Shown here: one piece after another, positions 37,684 through 51,868 of the stretch
Numbering within the stretch: the stretch's first letter is position 1
How the letters are laid out: every line of letters begins with the position of its first letter
Origin: Podarcis filfolensis
Taxonomy: Eukaryota
DNA: 64,000 nt
Direction: 5' to 3' (one strand)
Assembly: GCA_964270895.1 (NCBI GenBank)
Contig: OZ185437.1
Position numbers and translations under genes: made by a program
The notes under the pieces: generated by a model
The model's input: only the letters and a program-made list of their open reading frames with translations
Told to the model about the DNA's origin: nothing
Databases searched by the model: none

Positions 37684-38984
37684 GAGTGGATAACAGGTTA
37701 TGTAAAGACCTTTTGCCTGAGATCCTAGATGGACACAAAGTCTGACCAGATATAAGGCAGCTTTCCTGTCTTCTTGCTAGCAAAACATCCAAAATATGGA
37801 CAGCCAGGAGCCAGGGAAAGCCACATATTTAAAGAAGATATATGTGTGAACTGTTCTTTGTGAAGGCAGATCTACCCATTCTCATGAACAGAAGGTAGGT
37901 TTTGGAACATTGTGCCCAAATGAAGCACGTTTCACTGGAACATAGTCAAGAAACAGGCAGGGCTGATAGTAGAACAATCAGGGGTGCCAACTTGAATAAA
38001 ATATTGTGGGGGCAGGTAACCTCCGCCCCACATAATTGATCACATGACACACACTATTTGAATCCCCCCAGCCCACTCAAATATTTTAGGGGGGCACTAA
38101 AGGGACCTCTGCCCATAGAAGTTGGCTCCTGTGAGATCCATGCAAATATCTGGACAGAGCCAATAGGGACTGGTTTCCTAACCTTCCCTACACCCCAGGT
38201 GTCAACAGTTGCAGTAACTATTATTATGATTTTTATTATTTATAAAATTTGTACACTACCCTTCATCCATAGATCTCAGAGCGGTTCACAACATAAAACC
38301 AAGATGACAACAAGACAAGTTATGCAAATGTTTGGGGCAATAGCCCTACATCTCAGACATTAACAGTTGCAGAGAGCAAAACAGGGGGCACAACCAGGTA
38401 ATATGTCAAGTGGTATGCACTGCCTCTTTGTTTTCATGTGCTTAGGCTAGAGTAGTCAGCCTGTCTCTACAGTGTTGAAGCACTGGTGAGAAGGGGAAAT
38501 GAAACTCGATGGGGAAACAGTTGTGTGGTGTTACGGGGCCTGCCTCTCCCATCTCTGCAACAGGTTGAGCTTGGACTGGGATGGATAACAAAAACCCCAT
38601 GGCATTAATTACTGGAGTTAGGTCAGTGTCACAACTTCAACCTCTTCAACCTCTCTCATGGTACGCCTTTTTTGTCACACACTAATATACAAACTGCGCA
38701 CATGGTTCTAGCTTCCTGCACTACTCTGCAAGATGTTTGTCTGATCTCATATGTTTATATCAGGTCTTCTAAATATGGAGCTGGCTGGGCATTTCTGGAT
38801 GATTAACTAATTAGGTGGTACTTTCAAAGGATTCTTTGAGGGAAATGCATTATCAGAATCTAATTGTGTGATCCAATTTATAAACACTACAATTAACCCT
38901 GGACAAATCTCACTTCTCCTTTCCCACCCCACTCAATTCTTTTGATCAGGAGATCTTTTTTAGGTTCTATAATTGCATACAGAT

Positions 38985-39042
<58 letters not shown>
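38985..39042. repeat. Compound (CA)n(GA)n microsatellite
   Basis: Direct reading. Confidence 0.95.
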
Positions 39043-39044
<2 letters not shown>

Positions 39045-39057
39045 GAATGGGTATAGA

Positions 39058-39232
39058 CAGTGCTTTTTTCTAAAAAAAATGTTTAGGGGTACTCTCATTT
39101 TGACTCAAGAAATCACCATTTTATAGTTCAAATAGGGGAAAAACAAATACAGTAAATGGACAAAAGTACAAAGATTCACAAAATGTTTAGGGGTATGCGT
39201 ACCCCTGCGTACCCCCAGGAAAAAACCCACAG
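39058..39232. mobile_element. hAT-like MITE with near-perfect 8-bp TSD
   Basis: Termini CAGTGCTTTTTT and AAAAAACCCACAG; flanks GGTATAGA and GATATAGA. Confidence 0.7.
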
Positions 39233-39779
39233 GATATAGAAACACACACACATACTTTAACTAGAAATATTTTGAGTTGTTTATACTGCGCCTTCATGTT
39301 GCAAACATTGCTTCAATTCCTCTCACCCCCAGTGTGAAATTTAATCAATACACTAGCAGGATTTTAGTTTTTATTGCAGTCAAATGGAACTATTTTGACT
39401 AGATACCATTCCCTTAAGGCTATTTTCAATAATATCCTAACTTCAGTGGGAGAAACTTAAATAAGACTACAGTTAAGAGAATGATAGGGGAAAAAACCTC
39501 AGAGAAATATATACCATTGTGCTTAAAGGTCAACATGGCAGCATTCTGTTCCCACAACAACATGAGGTAGTAAAGGAAACAAATGGGTCTATAGTTAGTC
39601 CTGTACAGCAAGTATAGATCTATGGAGCCTAATGACCACATTTGGTCAATTGAGATCTTTTGCTTGTGCACACAGTTTCTGGGCCAAATCAAGACTAAGA
39701 TGCTAACAAAATATCTGACAGGGATTCATCAATTTTAAGAGTCAGAAAAACTCTGGAATACCAGAAGGATTGTTGATAC

Positions 39780-40320
39780 TGTTAGGTATAATTGATTAAT
39801 TGACACAGAAATTGAAAAATGCCTAAATGTGTATTAATGTATTGCTAACGCTGAGCTTTAACTGAGTTCATAATTAACTATTGTTGTTTTCTGCTAGCTA
39901 ACACATGAGTGTTTAACTTTAGATCACATGAGAGGTATTGAATTGCAAATTCGCCATTTTGGAAGAGTGGTGCCTGGAGTTTTTTGTTCCCAGGTTGTGT
40001 GAGATTAAGGATGTAAATGAAGCTCTCCAGATAAACAGCCTCAAGCAGGGTTCAGGCTGTGGGGAAAAACAGACCTCTGCTTCTAGGTCTGTTGGAAGAC
40101 TTTCATATTTTGTAATATGCTGAGTTTATGCCGTGGACTGGCATATATCTTATGGAACTGTTTGGATGTATCATTAGATGTTTTTGTTTAGTTCTGAAGA
40201 AAGTTCTACCAGTAAAATTTTGAAGAACTTATGGGCCTTGATAAAAGAAGTCAGTTTTTTATGAACCGAGTCACTTCAAACTTTGTAATATCAATATCTG
40301 CAATAGATACAACTGTAACA
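39780..40320 (+). mobile_element. Old solo-LTR-like repeat
   Basis: TGTTA...TAACA termini; colinear similarity to 44700-45291. Confidence 0.55.
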
Positions 40321-40641
40321 TTTGTTCCAGAAAATATAAAACTCAGGCATACCAAAAGAAAAAGGTACTTTAGTGCAGATGTGTTAGCTGTAGGTAGATA
40401 GATGATAAACAGATAGTAAGTAAGTACCGTACTTATAGCCCATCTGTCACCAAATGCACCCAGGACAGGTTACCAAAATACCATAATTAAAATGAGAACA
40501 ATGTACATTAAAACATTAAAAAAATAAAGTGTGATCATATGAAGGCATATTAGACTGCCATCTTGCCTAAGCTAATCAGTTCTGGCTCTGGCATTGGCCT
40601 AGATACACCATCTGGCTGCATCACCTTTGGGATAGAAACAT

Positions 40642-40817
40642 AGGAACACAGAAATGTGCTTTATACAGACTATTGGTTTATCTAGCTCAGTGTCGTATAT
40701 AGTGGCTGGCAGCATATCTCCAGGGTTCTCTTCTAGTCCTACTTGGAGATGCTGGAAATTGAAGCTGGGACCTTCTGCATGCAAAGCTGATGACCGAGCA
40801 CTGAGCTATGGTGCTTC
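40642..40817 (-). mobile_element. tRNA-derived SINE (Squam3-like)
   Basis: Reverse complement starts GCACCATAGCTCAGTG...TGCATGCAGAAGGTCCCAG. Confidence 0.75.
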
Positions 40818-43559
40818 TTCCATGATGGAAGAAAAGCAGGATATCAATGTAAGGAAATTAAATGAAAATAATAACAATTGTAACCACATGAGGGTGAACA
40901 GCCAAATAGGACTGATTCTACTGAATAACTGGAAATCCAGAAACCAAAGAGAGTTTGGACAATAATTTGCACTTTATGTAGCAATCACATTCTATTTCAT
41001 TAATCACGACTAATTGGGTCAAGCAATATCATTCCTCATCACATATAGAATGAAACCTAACAGTGTTCGGCCGAACTCTGCCTGTTAATTTTAGATCACA
41101 GTCTCTGAAGTGATGACCCAAGCAGGTACTTTCATTAATGAGACTCTTGTATATGTAAAATTGAGGCTTCAATAGTGTTTTCCAGCCAGGAGTGATGAAC
41201 TAATTAACTTCCAACATGCTGAATTCCGGTTTCTGGTTTATCTGAGTAGAAATAATTTAAATTATGGGGGGGGGGGAGGGAATTAAAGTAGCTTTAATAC
41301 CTTTCCAAAATTGATTTGGTTCTCCCTCCCCCATGAAACCAGGTTTTAGCTACTACAATCTTTGTGAAACTCTAAGTATTCACATTACCTCTGTTGTATA
41401 CCATGGCCTGGTTCCCACATTAGTGGTTGGCAGAGCAGGGCAGCAGCACTTATCAGACCTCCCATGGCTGGTGTTGCCTCAGCTTACTGGGAGGGGCAAA
41501 GGCCAGCATGGTGGAAATGCACCAGCAGGAGCTTCAAATTGTCTCCACTGGTGGGTTGCTCCACACCACCTTCAGCAACCTCCTGTCCCTTTCCCTCCAG
41601 CCATGCCAGTGGCAGGGAGTCAATGAGTAGACACTGTCTGATCTGTCCACGAGGCACCATCTAAGAGGTTGATGGAGAGCCTTTCCCCAATAACTATTTC
41701 TCTGCACGTCTAATCAGAAGTAAACCCCACTGAGTTCAGTGGGACTTACTCCAGATAAGTGGGCATCACATTGCAGCATATATGATGTATGACCATGATA
41801 TGTGAAGGACTGCTCCACCCCATTAATACCCTCATCCATTATGGTTAAAGGAACTTGAGGAAGTCCTTCTGCACTACACTCTGAGGAATGGTTGGCTACA
41901 GGGCCTTTTTTGTCCTGGCACCTGGAATGTGAAATCCCCTCTCCTGAGAGGTTCATTTGCTTCCTTCTTCAGTAGCATACCATCAGGCTTTGCCTGCAGG
42001 CTTTGAAATTCAGCTGTTGTTTGAGCAATGTTTTTTATTTTATTCATTTACATTTATATGCTGCTTACTTGGTGACAACAGACTCTAAGCAGTTTACATT
42101 GAACCATCTGAAATATCCATGAAAAGCAAATCTTGAAAACTAGTTGAAGCAACATTTTATCAAAATATAAATAAAACCAGCTGTTCTAAAAGAATTATAT
42201 GTAACAACACGTTAAAAATTTCAAGTTAAAATTACCTGTCTGGACAGGCTTGCTGAAATGAAAAAGCTTTTAGCAGGTGCCAAAAACAGTACAGGAAGGT
42301 ACCTGACTCATGTTAATGGAGTGGATTTCTGGAGGGTGCAGACTGCTATACAGAAGCATAGATTCCTTGCAAGCGGGGGACAAACATTAGGTGGAAATTG
42401 CAAAAGGGAGCAGTTTGGTTCTCTAATTCTCCTTTGGTTTAAATCCACTGTCGTTTTTAAAACTATATTAGCAATCCGCTTGCTGTGTTTTTGTTGTTAA
42501 CCATAATTATATTATTAATGGGATCTGTACCCCAGATTGGAGATGGAGAGGTAGGTTATGAATCTCTTAACCCTTGCCCAGAGTTGACAGGTGTGTGTGT
42601 GCGTCTGTGTAGTAACACTAAGGGTTTTCAAAGTGTCCCCCCCACATTCCAATCAGATTTCCAACTTATTGCAGAATGTAAATCCCAGATAATATTTATG
42701 TCTGTGGTATCAGATGAAGTGTGCTTGATAACACCTAAAGCCAGAGCCGGTAAACATTTATTCAGATGAGACAGAATTTGTCTGTACTGTAAACATTTGC
42801 TTCTGCATAGTGAGTACACAGTGCAGTTTCTGTTCCTTTGATAAGCTTTGGTTTTTATTTCGGTTACAAACAAGAAAAGCTATATTTTAAAGTAGAGATA
42901 TTATGAAAATATTGTAAACAGTCCAGAAAAAAAATATTATTATGAACATTTTTTTGGGGGGGGTTCTAACCCCATTAAAAAAAACTGCAAGAAAACTGTT
43001 CTTGGTTAGAAAACTGTCCCTGAAAAATATTATATGGTTTGTGTCAACCACCTGACACCTTCTTTGCCAATGTGGTGTTTTACTACTCTCAATCAGTTAA
43101 CAGTGGTTAGGGTAATAAGCATACTGCAACCAGTGCATTTCAGGGACATTTTATGTTGTTTTTTTCTGTTTCCCAAATGAAAACAGTATGTGGTACCTGG
43201 CTGAAATTTGGGTATGTTGCACAGATGAAAGTTGTAACAATGTTCTAGAAGCACTGCACTGTACATCTACTTACATGCAACTTGCATAATGAAAAGTGCA
43301 CCTGGAGTAAGTGGTTTACCCTGGAATTCTGCACAAAGGTTAATACAAACAAACAAATCCATCAAATAACTTGTCGAACGCCACCCAGTAGTTTTTGACT
43401 GAACAGGGATCTGAAAATCAACAACCCTTCCAAGCACAGTTCCGGGATTTTAGCAGATGGATTCCATTAGCAAAGTCACATTATGAAAACAATGGAGTTT
43501 CAAAAGAGCTCAGTCTGGTGTTCATTATTTGGGATGAAGGTAATGGCATGTACCTAATA

Positions 43560-43801
43560 CAGTGGTACCTCACGTTAAGAACTTAATTCGTTCCGGAAGT
43601 CCGTTCTTAACCTGAAACTGTTCTTAACCTGAAGCACTACTTTAGCTAATGGGGCCTTCCGCTGCTGCTGCGCCGCTGGAGCCCAATTTCTGTTCTCATC
43701 CTGAAGCAAAGTTCTTAACCTGAAGCACTATTTCTGGGTTAGCGGAGTCTGTAACCTGAAGCATCTGTAACCTGAAGCATATGTAACCCGAGGTACCACT
43801 G
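43560..43801. mobile_element. Tc1/mariner-type MITE
   Basis: TA-CAGTGGTACCTC...GAGGTACCACTG-TA. Confidence 0.92.
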
Positions 43802-44699
43802 TATCTGAAATGACTATCTCTAAGCTTGATGTCTAGATAGCATTGCCCTTTCCCTAAAGGGGCAGGTCTTTTCCAAATGAGATCTGAATGAATGAGACAT
43901 TCCACAGGTTCAACTTTTTCTTTTGCAGAATTATAGGGAACAGTAAAGACTGCATCTTCAAGCAAAAAAACACCTGCGTCCTTTTGGCATCTAGTTATCC
44001 TATTTGTACCGAAGGTAATTCATCATATGGCTTCAATCTTCCCTGAGAATTGCCCTGGGACATGCAAAAGTTTGCATGCAATCACCATAAGGAGTTGACT
44101 GATGAAGTGTATTATTTATTAATTTTGCCTCCAGTCATATTTTGCTAAAGATATCAGCATCAGAAGAAATTTAAAGTCTATTGCTGCTTGCTGGTATCTG
44201 TAGGCGCTGACTCACATCAGGATTAGAAAGGTTTTCTAGCTAGTGGAATAATTATCGCTGAAATCTGATGTCATAGGCAAGAACTTTCTGCTAATGGTAG
44301 GAGTCAGAGAATATGACTGAAAATAAATGACACACGCAAAATTGTGCACTGTTTTTGAAATATTGGCTCCGTTGTTCTGTAATGGAACCATAAACATGTG
44401 AATCAGTGGTGGAAAATTATGTTATTGACATGCTGTGTATCAAATGTAGTAAAGTTAAGGAGTATGATCACATTCTTTATAAATTAAAATAAAAGGTTCC
44501 TGTGGTTATGATTCTAAGCAATTAATAGGTTGTGGGTTCAACTGCTGCTTACTTCACGAGGGCAAGGCAATGTTGAACATGGACAGAGGACTGGATCAAA
44601 TGGACTAAGAACAATTCCAAATTTAGCTGTAAAGTTGCTTGGGTTCATTAGGCAGGTTGGGAAGCAAGCCTATGCCTACTCATAAAAGAGCCAAGGCAT

Positions 44700-45291
44700 T
44701 GTTAAGAATAACTTTAAATGACACTGAAATAAAAAATATGTATGTATGAGTATTGCTGAAAAGATTTAACATTGGGAAATTCCACTGGAGTGCACCAAGA
44801 GCTCCTTGATGGCTTGATAATTAACTATTATTGTTCTCCAGTAGCGAGGAGTTTAGATCACACAGGAGAGCTACTGAATTGCAAATCTGCCATCTTGGAA
44901 GGGTTGTGGCTGAAGCCTTTCCGCCCAGGCTCTGTGGGAGCAAGACCTCTCTAGGCGCTTAGCAGCCTTGGGGGCTGGAATGCAGGCTAATGCAGCCAGC
45001 AAGAGAGAGAGTTATGTTTGTCAGCTCTGATTATGTTATTTTATTTCTAAGAAGATGCTGAGTCTATGCTTAGATAAGCGTATCTCCTATGGAATTATTT
45101 GGATGTATTGTGGATGTTCTTGTTCTGCTTTGAAGAATGTTCTGCAAAGTTTTTGAATAATATCTAATGGGTCCAAACAATGTTTCCACCCCTCCAAAAT
45201 GATCCCATTTTCATGCATCCAGTTGCTTCAATATGTATGATTGAAATCAGTCAAGAGACAATGTGCTCTGCAAGTGTGCACAGTTGTAACT
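44700..45291 (+). mobile_element. Old solo-LTR-like repeat
   Basis: Starts TGTTAAG; shares ATAATTAACTATT, TTTAGATCACA, TGAATTGCAAAT..GCCAT.TTGGAAG and TGCTGAGT.TATGC with 39780-40320. Confidence 0.5.
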
Positions 45292-46397
45292 TAAACTTTC
45301 AATTTGAATCCTTCCTATTGTGCATATTATGTGTGTTCATGAGAGGAAAGAGGTTTGAGAATTATGTATATGAAAGCTATGAATGGTGATTCTGACTAAC
45401 AGCCTTTGATAAGCCTTTGCAAGATTTGCAGCAGAGCTACAAGGCTCCTAACCTGTGAAATCCACACAAAAAGGTTTATGAGAAACACAATAGAAAAATG
45501 TTACCGATGAAATACTTCAAGGGTGTCGCTGCTTGTGGAGTGTCTTGCTTGTCTCGTATCCATTTTCTGGCTTTGATGACATGAAAATGGTGTTCTTTCC
45601 CTACCTAGGCCCCTACTGAGCAAATGTCAGAAACTCCCTGCTGGGGTAAATGATAGATACAAATCATCTACCCACTGAACCTTCGGAAACTTTAGCCCTT
45701 CATTCCTGTAATGTCTCAGGGAAACTAAGATGTCACTCGAGTCCAACAAAAGGGATATTGGGTTATCAGTGTTAGAACCCAGCTGCTGTGTTTTATGGCT
45801 GTGGAACAACAACAGCCATTTTAAAATCCAATTATCCGGATTCCTGCTGCCTTTGTCCCTGCTATGCTTTTCTACAAAAATCACCGGAAATTGAGATCCC
45901 CTTTGTTATACCTGCTGGCGTGTTGCTCAAGCTCAGATTCCTCTTGCATGCACACTGGGATAAGGGGTCTTAGCAAGGGACTTCCTACATACCTCAAGGC
46001 CTAGCTAAACAGAAATAAAGGATTTAGAGAGTGCCCAAAATTAGAAGGAAGGCTAGGCTCTGCATGCAGATATAACTCCTCACCAACAAGATTGTGGCAG
46101 AGCAAGGCTGTGTAACTGAGCTGTCTTCAACAGGATGAAATGTTTATCTCTGGTGTAGATTTTTTGGGCAGGGGATGCTGGGGAGAGCTGCTAGCTGTTC
46201 TGACTGCTTATATACTGGTCACCACCATTCCTCTGCTCCTATTGTCTCTCTTTTACCTGTGACATCTCTGCAGCTTTGTAATATGTTAGATATTGTATTT
46301 CCCCCCCTGTTCTTTTCACAGTCTTTTTTCGAGTGGGGATGGCTTTTCCAGCCTCCAGAGCAGATTTTACAGAGGTACAGAGGGCTTCAGGGTGCAG

Positions 46398-46566
46398 TGC
46401 CATAGCTCAGTGGCAGAACATCTGTTCCGCATGCAGAAGGTGGTAGGTTCAATCCCTAGCATCTCCAGGTAGGGTTGGGAAGAACACCACCTAAAACCCC
46501 AGACAGCTCCTGCCAGTCAGTGTAGTGGACAACACTGAGCTAGACGGAGCTTTGGGTCTGACTCAG
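46398..46566 (+). mobile_element. tRNA-derived SINE (Squam3-like)
   Basis: A-box TAGCTCAGTGG and B-box GGTTCAATCCC, then CTGCCAGTCAGTGTAG...CTGAGCTAGA. Confidence 0.8.
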
Positions 46567-48513
46567 AAATCATCTCCCCTCTTCTGCTGGCAGGAGTGTT
46601 CCACAAATAGAGTTCCACTCATGCTAACTTTGGATTAACCCAACGTTTGTAGAGTATGGTGGTTGTACATGGTGAAAATGGTTGAAGATGTGGGTTTCCT
46701 TAAACTCCCCTCCCATCACCATCTTCTCTTGTCACATGTAAGAGGCAGAAGCATTTCATTTTTGAGAGTGCAGGTTTTATTTTTTTAAGTGAGTTGCAGA
46801 CAACAGGATGAAAGTGTAATACATACATATTGCTTATGAACATCTGGTGACACTTCTTCTTGAAATGAAGAATTTTGCCTCATGTACTCCTAAGGGGTTA
46901 CTCTGTCCTCTGTAAAACTTTTGTTTTACAGGACCTGTAAAGTTCTTTCCGACAAACAGAGATGAAAGTGAAATACCTTAAAAGATGTCCAATTCCCAAA
47001 AGCCGTGTATCAGTTTGTGGCTGAAAATGCAAAGAGGTAGGCGATCAGCACTTTCCCATTCCATGAAGAACACATAAGCAGTGTAGGCAATTCAAAATTA
47101 TTGCACGTGAAAGACTCACAAAATCATGAAGTTCAAACACACAAGCCAAAAGCGATATAGGAACCAAAGAGCCAGTAGAAAGAGCATATAATTATATGCT
47201 TTAAAATAACAATGACTTAATAATACTATTTTAATTAATGACTCCATTACTTAGGACCTTTTCCTTCCATTCAAGCTCCTAACAATGGCAATTCCACTGC
47301 AGACATCCTACTACTACATTCCTGGTGCAACTCATAGCAGGAATGAGGAGGGAAATTTGGTTTGGTCCTTCTTGAATAACACACAAACCAAAGCACAGCT
47401 ACCCTTCAAATTCACATTGCTGCCCTGGCTCTTGCTCTCAGACTCGGTATTTGAAACCTCACCAGGGTTGTTAGGTTTAAAAGCTTTATTCAGGAATTTG
47501 GTGGAGTGTCCCAATATAGGACTACAGGATGCAAGTTCATGACTGGATGTAAGCTAAGACATTGTTCCAACAGTTGACACATGCCCTGTGCTCTTCTTTT
47601 GAAGAGTGCGGTGGGCTCAGGACTTGGCAAGCAAGCAGGCACACCTCTGTGAAGGCTGAACAAACAAAGTATGGGGAGTAGGAGCCACCTGAACTGCCTC
47701 AACTGGCAGTGACATGGCTCTTGGGAAATCTGATGTCATGGAAGCAAACCATTCGTCTGACAATTCACTCAGCTCTTCTGCTGGATGCAGGTCTCCATCT
47801 CCAAAGTGGCTGTGATCATCCTCAGCATCAGAATCTTCTCAGAGTTCCTGATCCCTATTCCCTAGGCTGCTAGGACAACGCCTTGAGTTGCATCTCTCCC
47901 ATTTCTCCTCATTTGCCCATCCTCTCCACAGCATCTCCATGAGGCTCATGATAATTACTCTGAATTTAGCAATGCGCATCTCCAATGAAAGAATGTGTAC
48001 AAAAAAAAGCATATCTATTGGGGGCGGGGAGTGCATAACATGCATATATCACTGAAAATAACAAAAAATAAACAGTATTAGGGCAAAATGCTTACCAAAA
48101 AATGTGCATTTAAAATAGGTTTAGTCAGTGTGTATCTACTAGGGACCACTCTGGGGGAAAGTATGAAAGTTCTAACCTCATACACTTGCACTGACCAAAT
48201 ACGAAACTCATTTCAGGACTGTTTTTTTGAGTGTGTCTTGGAAAGAAGAAAGCAAAAAATAAACCTACCAGAAATTTTGTAAATAACTTTTAACCCAAAG
48301 ATTATATAGTCTTGGGGGGTTGTCAAGAAACAATACAGTTTTGAGCCTCAGCTCACAGCCTATGTGGCCCATCAGTTAGACAACAGGTGGACTATTGGGC
48401 TTACGTCTCTACCTATTAGTGATATCACCAGAATTCATAATGATCTGGTTTGTACAATGGTTCCTGGCTCGATCCATTAAGCCAAGAAGGATTGGGAGTT
48501 TCATTTCCTGATA

Positions 48514-48754
48514 CAGTGGTACCTCAGGTTACAGACGCTTCATGTTACAGACGCTTCAGGTTACAGATTCCGCTAACCCAGAAATAGTACCTTGGGTTAA
48601 GAACTTTGCTTCAGGATAAGCACAGAAATTGCACGGCGGCAGCACGGCGGCAGCAGGAGGTTCATTAGCTAAAGTGGTGCTTCAGGTTAAGAACAGTTTC
48701 AGGTTAAGTACGGACCTCCGGAACAAATTAAGTTCTTAACCCAAGGTACCACTG
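48514..48754. mobile_element. Tc1/mariner-type MITE
   Basis: TA-CAGTGGTACCTC...AAGGTACCACTG-TA; opposite orientation to 43560. Confidence 0.92.
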
Positions 48755-49448
48755 TACCCTCAGAATTACATTGGGATCAGGCATATATGAATTGCAAGAT
48801 CTGAATCTACCCTGAAATGAGCCCATGTGGAATCAGGTGGGAAGAAGTTTACTCAGCACCATCTTAGCCCCAGATGGTGTTTGAACCTTGGTCAAATCGC
48901 AGTGGAAGATTGGGTGGCTTTCGGCACATAATCGTTTCTCAGATAGTTCTTCACAATAATGGAATTTAACTCCCAAGGTGATCATTCAGAAATATGGATA
49001 GTCAAGCCACAATTCAGTTCATGTTTATTCATGCATATGTCCCATTGAAGGCCGTCTCACTGACCTTTGTATCACTATTGGCAGGATTGCACTCCAGGGG
49101 TGTGGAACACTTTGTCTGTTAACAGTGCTATAGAAATGATTAATTGTGGCAGAAACGGCAATAGCCAGGACCAAACTGCTGCAGGAAAATAGTCTGTTTT
49201 CCAGGTAAGTGATCTTGATTAGCATGGCTATAAGAAAAGGTGGTGTGCCTCATCCAATCAACTACTTATTTAATGGTTGCAATCTTTATCATCCTTTATG
49301 ATTTTTTACAACTACAGGTGCTTAAAGGAACATTGGTCATGTAGCTAACAGGAGTCATTCTGCAGAATTGCATTTAATAGCTTAGTTTCCTTGGCCTGAG
49401 GAGCTTCACTGCAAACAAAAAATGGTAATCTAACAAAAATGGCTATTA

Positions 49449-49684
49449 CAGTGGTACCTTGGTTTTCAAGGGTATTGAAAGCCGAACATTTCGGTTTTCG
49501 AACGCCAAAAACCCAGAAGAAAATGCTTCCATTTTTGAACGTGCCTCAGAAGTCGAACGGCGTCCGCTGAGTGTTTTTCCGTTTTCTCCATTGACTTTGC
49601 CGCCTTTGTGCCTCAGTTGACGAACGTTTCGGAAGTCGAATGGTCTTCCGGAATGGATAACGTTCGACCATCGAGGTACCACTG
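49449..49684. mobile_element. Tc1/mariner-type MITE, second subfamily
   Basis: Same TIR (CAGTGGTACCT...AGGTACCACTG) and TA flanks but a different CpG-rich interior (repeated CGAAC and TTCGA). Confidence 0.88.
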
Positions 49685-51547
49685 TATTAATATTTTTATT
49701 ATTATTAGTAGTAGTAGTATACCACGCTGCACCCAAAGATCTCAGGACAACACATGACCCAAAACTATGTTCTACCTCCACTGTTGGAGGCAGTATGACT
49801 CCTGGACTCATGTCCTTCTTGGGGGCATCTGGTTGGCCACTGTCAGAAGAGGATGCTGGATAAGATGGTCCATTGGCTTTTCTTAGGTTATTAAGATGGT
49901 CTCTATGTACATGTGGTTGGTGCTCAGTTATGCTGTTGAGCATAACTGCCCCCCTTTCAAATATTACCTTCCTCAACCTGGTCCCCTCCAGTTGTTTTGG
50001 ACCGCAACCCTATCAGGCCTTGTCAGGATGAGGCAGAAGGAATTTGTAGTCCAAATGAACTGGAGAACAACAGGCGATACCCTTTTCTCATTTCCCTAGG
50101 CTTTTTAGATCATTTTGAATGTGAACATTTATCTGCTCTGTTTTGCAGTTGTGTTATTGGTTTGTGTGGTTTGTATTGCTTTTATTCTAAGACACTCTGG
50201 GAGCCCTTACGAGCTAAAGAGCAGTGTCTAAAAAATAAAGATAAATAAGCCATGGCATTTCCCAAAGTGGGGGGAAAGACTTCTTAAATGTCTGGGACAG
50301 ATGAGCTGTTAACTAAAAGGGAACCAGTGAGATGTGAAACCCTGTGGACAAACTGTTTCAAATTCCATTTCCTGAACCCCAACAGTGAATTTCAAAGGAA
50401 ATCTGTCTTATCTGTTTGAATTTTGGCCAGTCCCATTGGCCATTCAGTTGCTTCTGCCTGCCAATTCACAGTCCTGAATGCATATGTATGTTTGGCTCAC
50501 TCTTTCTCTTATGGCAATACAGCATGAGGTAGCCTTGACATGACAGGATCACTCGTTTTTCTTGTGGACATGAAAATAGTTGGCCCAAAATGATTACAAT
50601 ATTACCCAACTGTGGCACGCACGCACGCGCACACACACACACACACACATGAGGGTGGGGAGACATGGCATTCATGTAAAGAGGACTCTCTTACACTGCA
50701 ATATGATACACAACAACCTAGGAATAAGTCCCACTGAAGTTGTTGGGCCTTACTTCTTACAAGATTACACTCTTAAGCATATATGAAATTTTTTTGAATG
50801 GTCACCAATAGCAATGGACAAATCTGTCAACTTAGGTTTCTCATTTATCCATTCTTGAGTCGAGTACTTCACCTATCTGTATCAGTTTTCTTCTTTCTTT
50901 TTGTTTACAAGGTCCACATGAAAATTCACCAGCATCGCAGTGCAGATTTCTCATAATATCCACACTTTTACCAGCATTTTTGTTGAGAAATGCACATTTC
51001 GGAAACAATTTCCAGTAATGCATTGAAATATTTTCATTAATAGATGCATTTTATGTCCACGTTTCCATAATATGTGCATTTTTTGGTTGGAGAACGCCAT
51101 TCGAAAATTCAGAGAAGTATGAATTCCGAAGGAGAGCTGCATTTCAGATTGCGTATTGTTTCAGAAAATGCACCTGAGGTGCAAACCAAAATCTTAAAAT
51201 GGAAATTAAACCATTGTATTGTATTGCTGTATTGTTATACTGTTGTGTAGGTAGGGAAGTCACTGGCACCATAAGGATTTATTTGGTATGGGGGCACTCT
51301 TGAGCCTAAGGCTTGGGGATATTTGAGGCCACCATTAGGACCTGGTGTAGACACCTTGCTGAATGGTGGACAGCAGGACCCAGGTGCACGTATTGGGTTC
51401 ACATACCTAAGGCTCATTTAGCAAGAAGGAAGAATTTTCTCCCAATCATTGGCTGGGAGCCAACAATCTGGTAGCTTTCAAGGCCAGGGGTTTGGAGGTA
51501 TGCTTCCTTCATACACATAGATTTGATTCCACCCACCCCAATTACTG

Positions 51548-51868
51548 GGGACTCGGGTGGCGCTGTGGGTTAAACCACGGAGCCTAGGACTTGTCGATCA
51601 TAAGGTTGGCAGTTCGAATCCCCGCAACGGGGTGAGCTCCTGTTGCTCAGTCCCTGCTCCTGCCAAACTAGCAGTTCGAAAGCACATCAAAGTGCAAGTA
51701 GATAAACAGGTACGGCTCTTGTTTCCCAGAAGCGGCTTAGTCATGCTGGCCACATGACCCGGAAGCTGTACTCCGGCTCCCTCGGCCAATAAAGCGAGAT
51801 GAGCGCTGCAACCCCAGAGTTGGCCACAACTGGACCTAATGTTCAGGGGTCCCTTTACCTTTACCTTA
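51548..51868 (+). mobile_element. Sauria SINE, full length, with ~11-bp TSD
   Basis: tRNA-like head, B-box AGTTCGAATCC, (TTTACC)n-like tail; CCCCAATTACT (51536-51546) and CCCCAATTATT (51869-51879). Confidence 0.93.

Noticed and set aside
46398-46480. tRNA-like A and B boxes (also at 26816-27166, 37303 and 51548)
   Set aside because: These are SINE heads without a complete cloverleaf; not tRNA genes.
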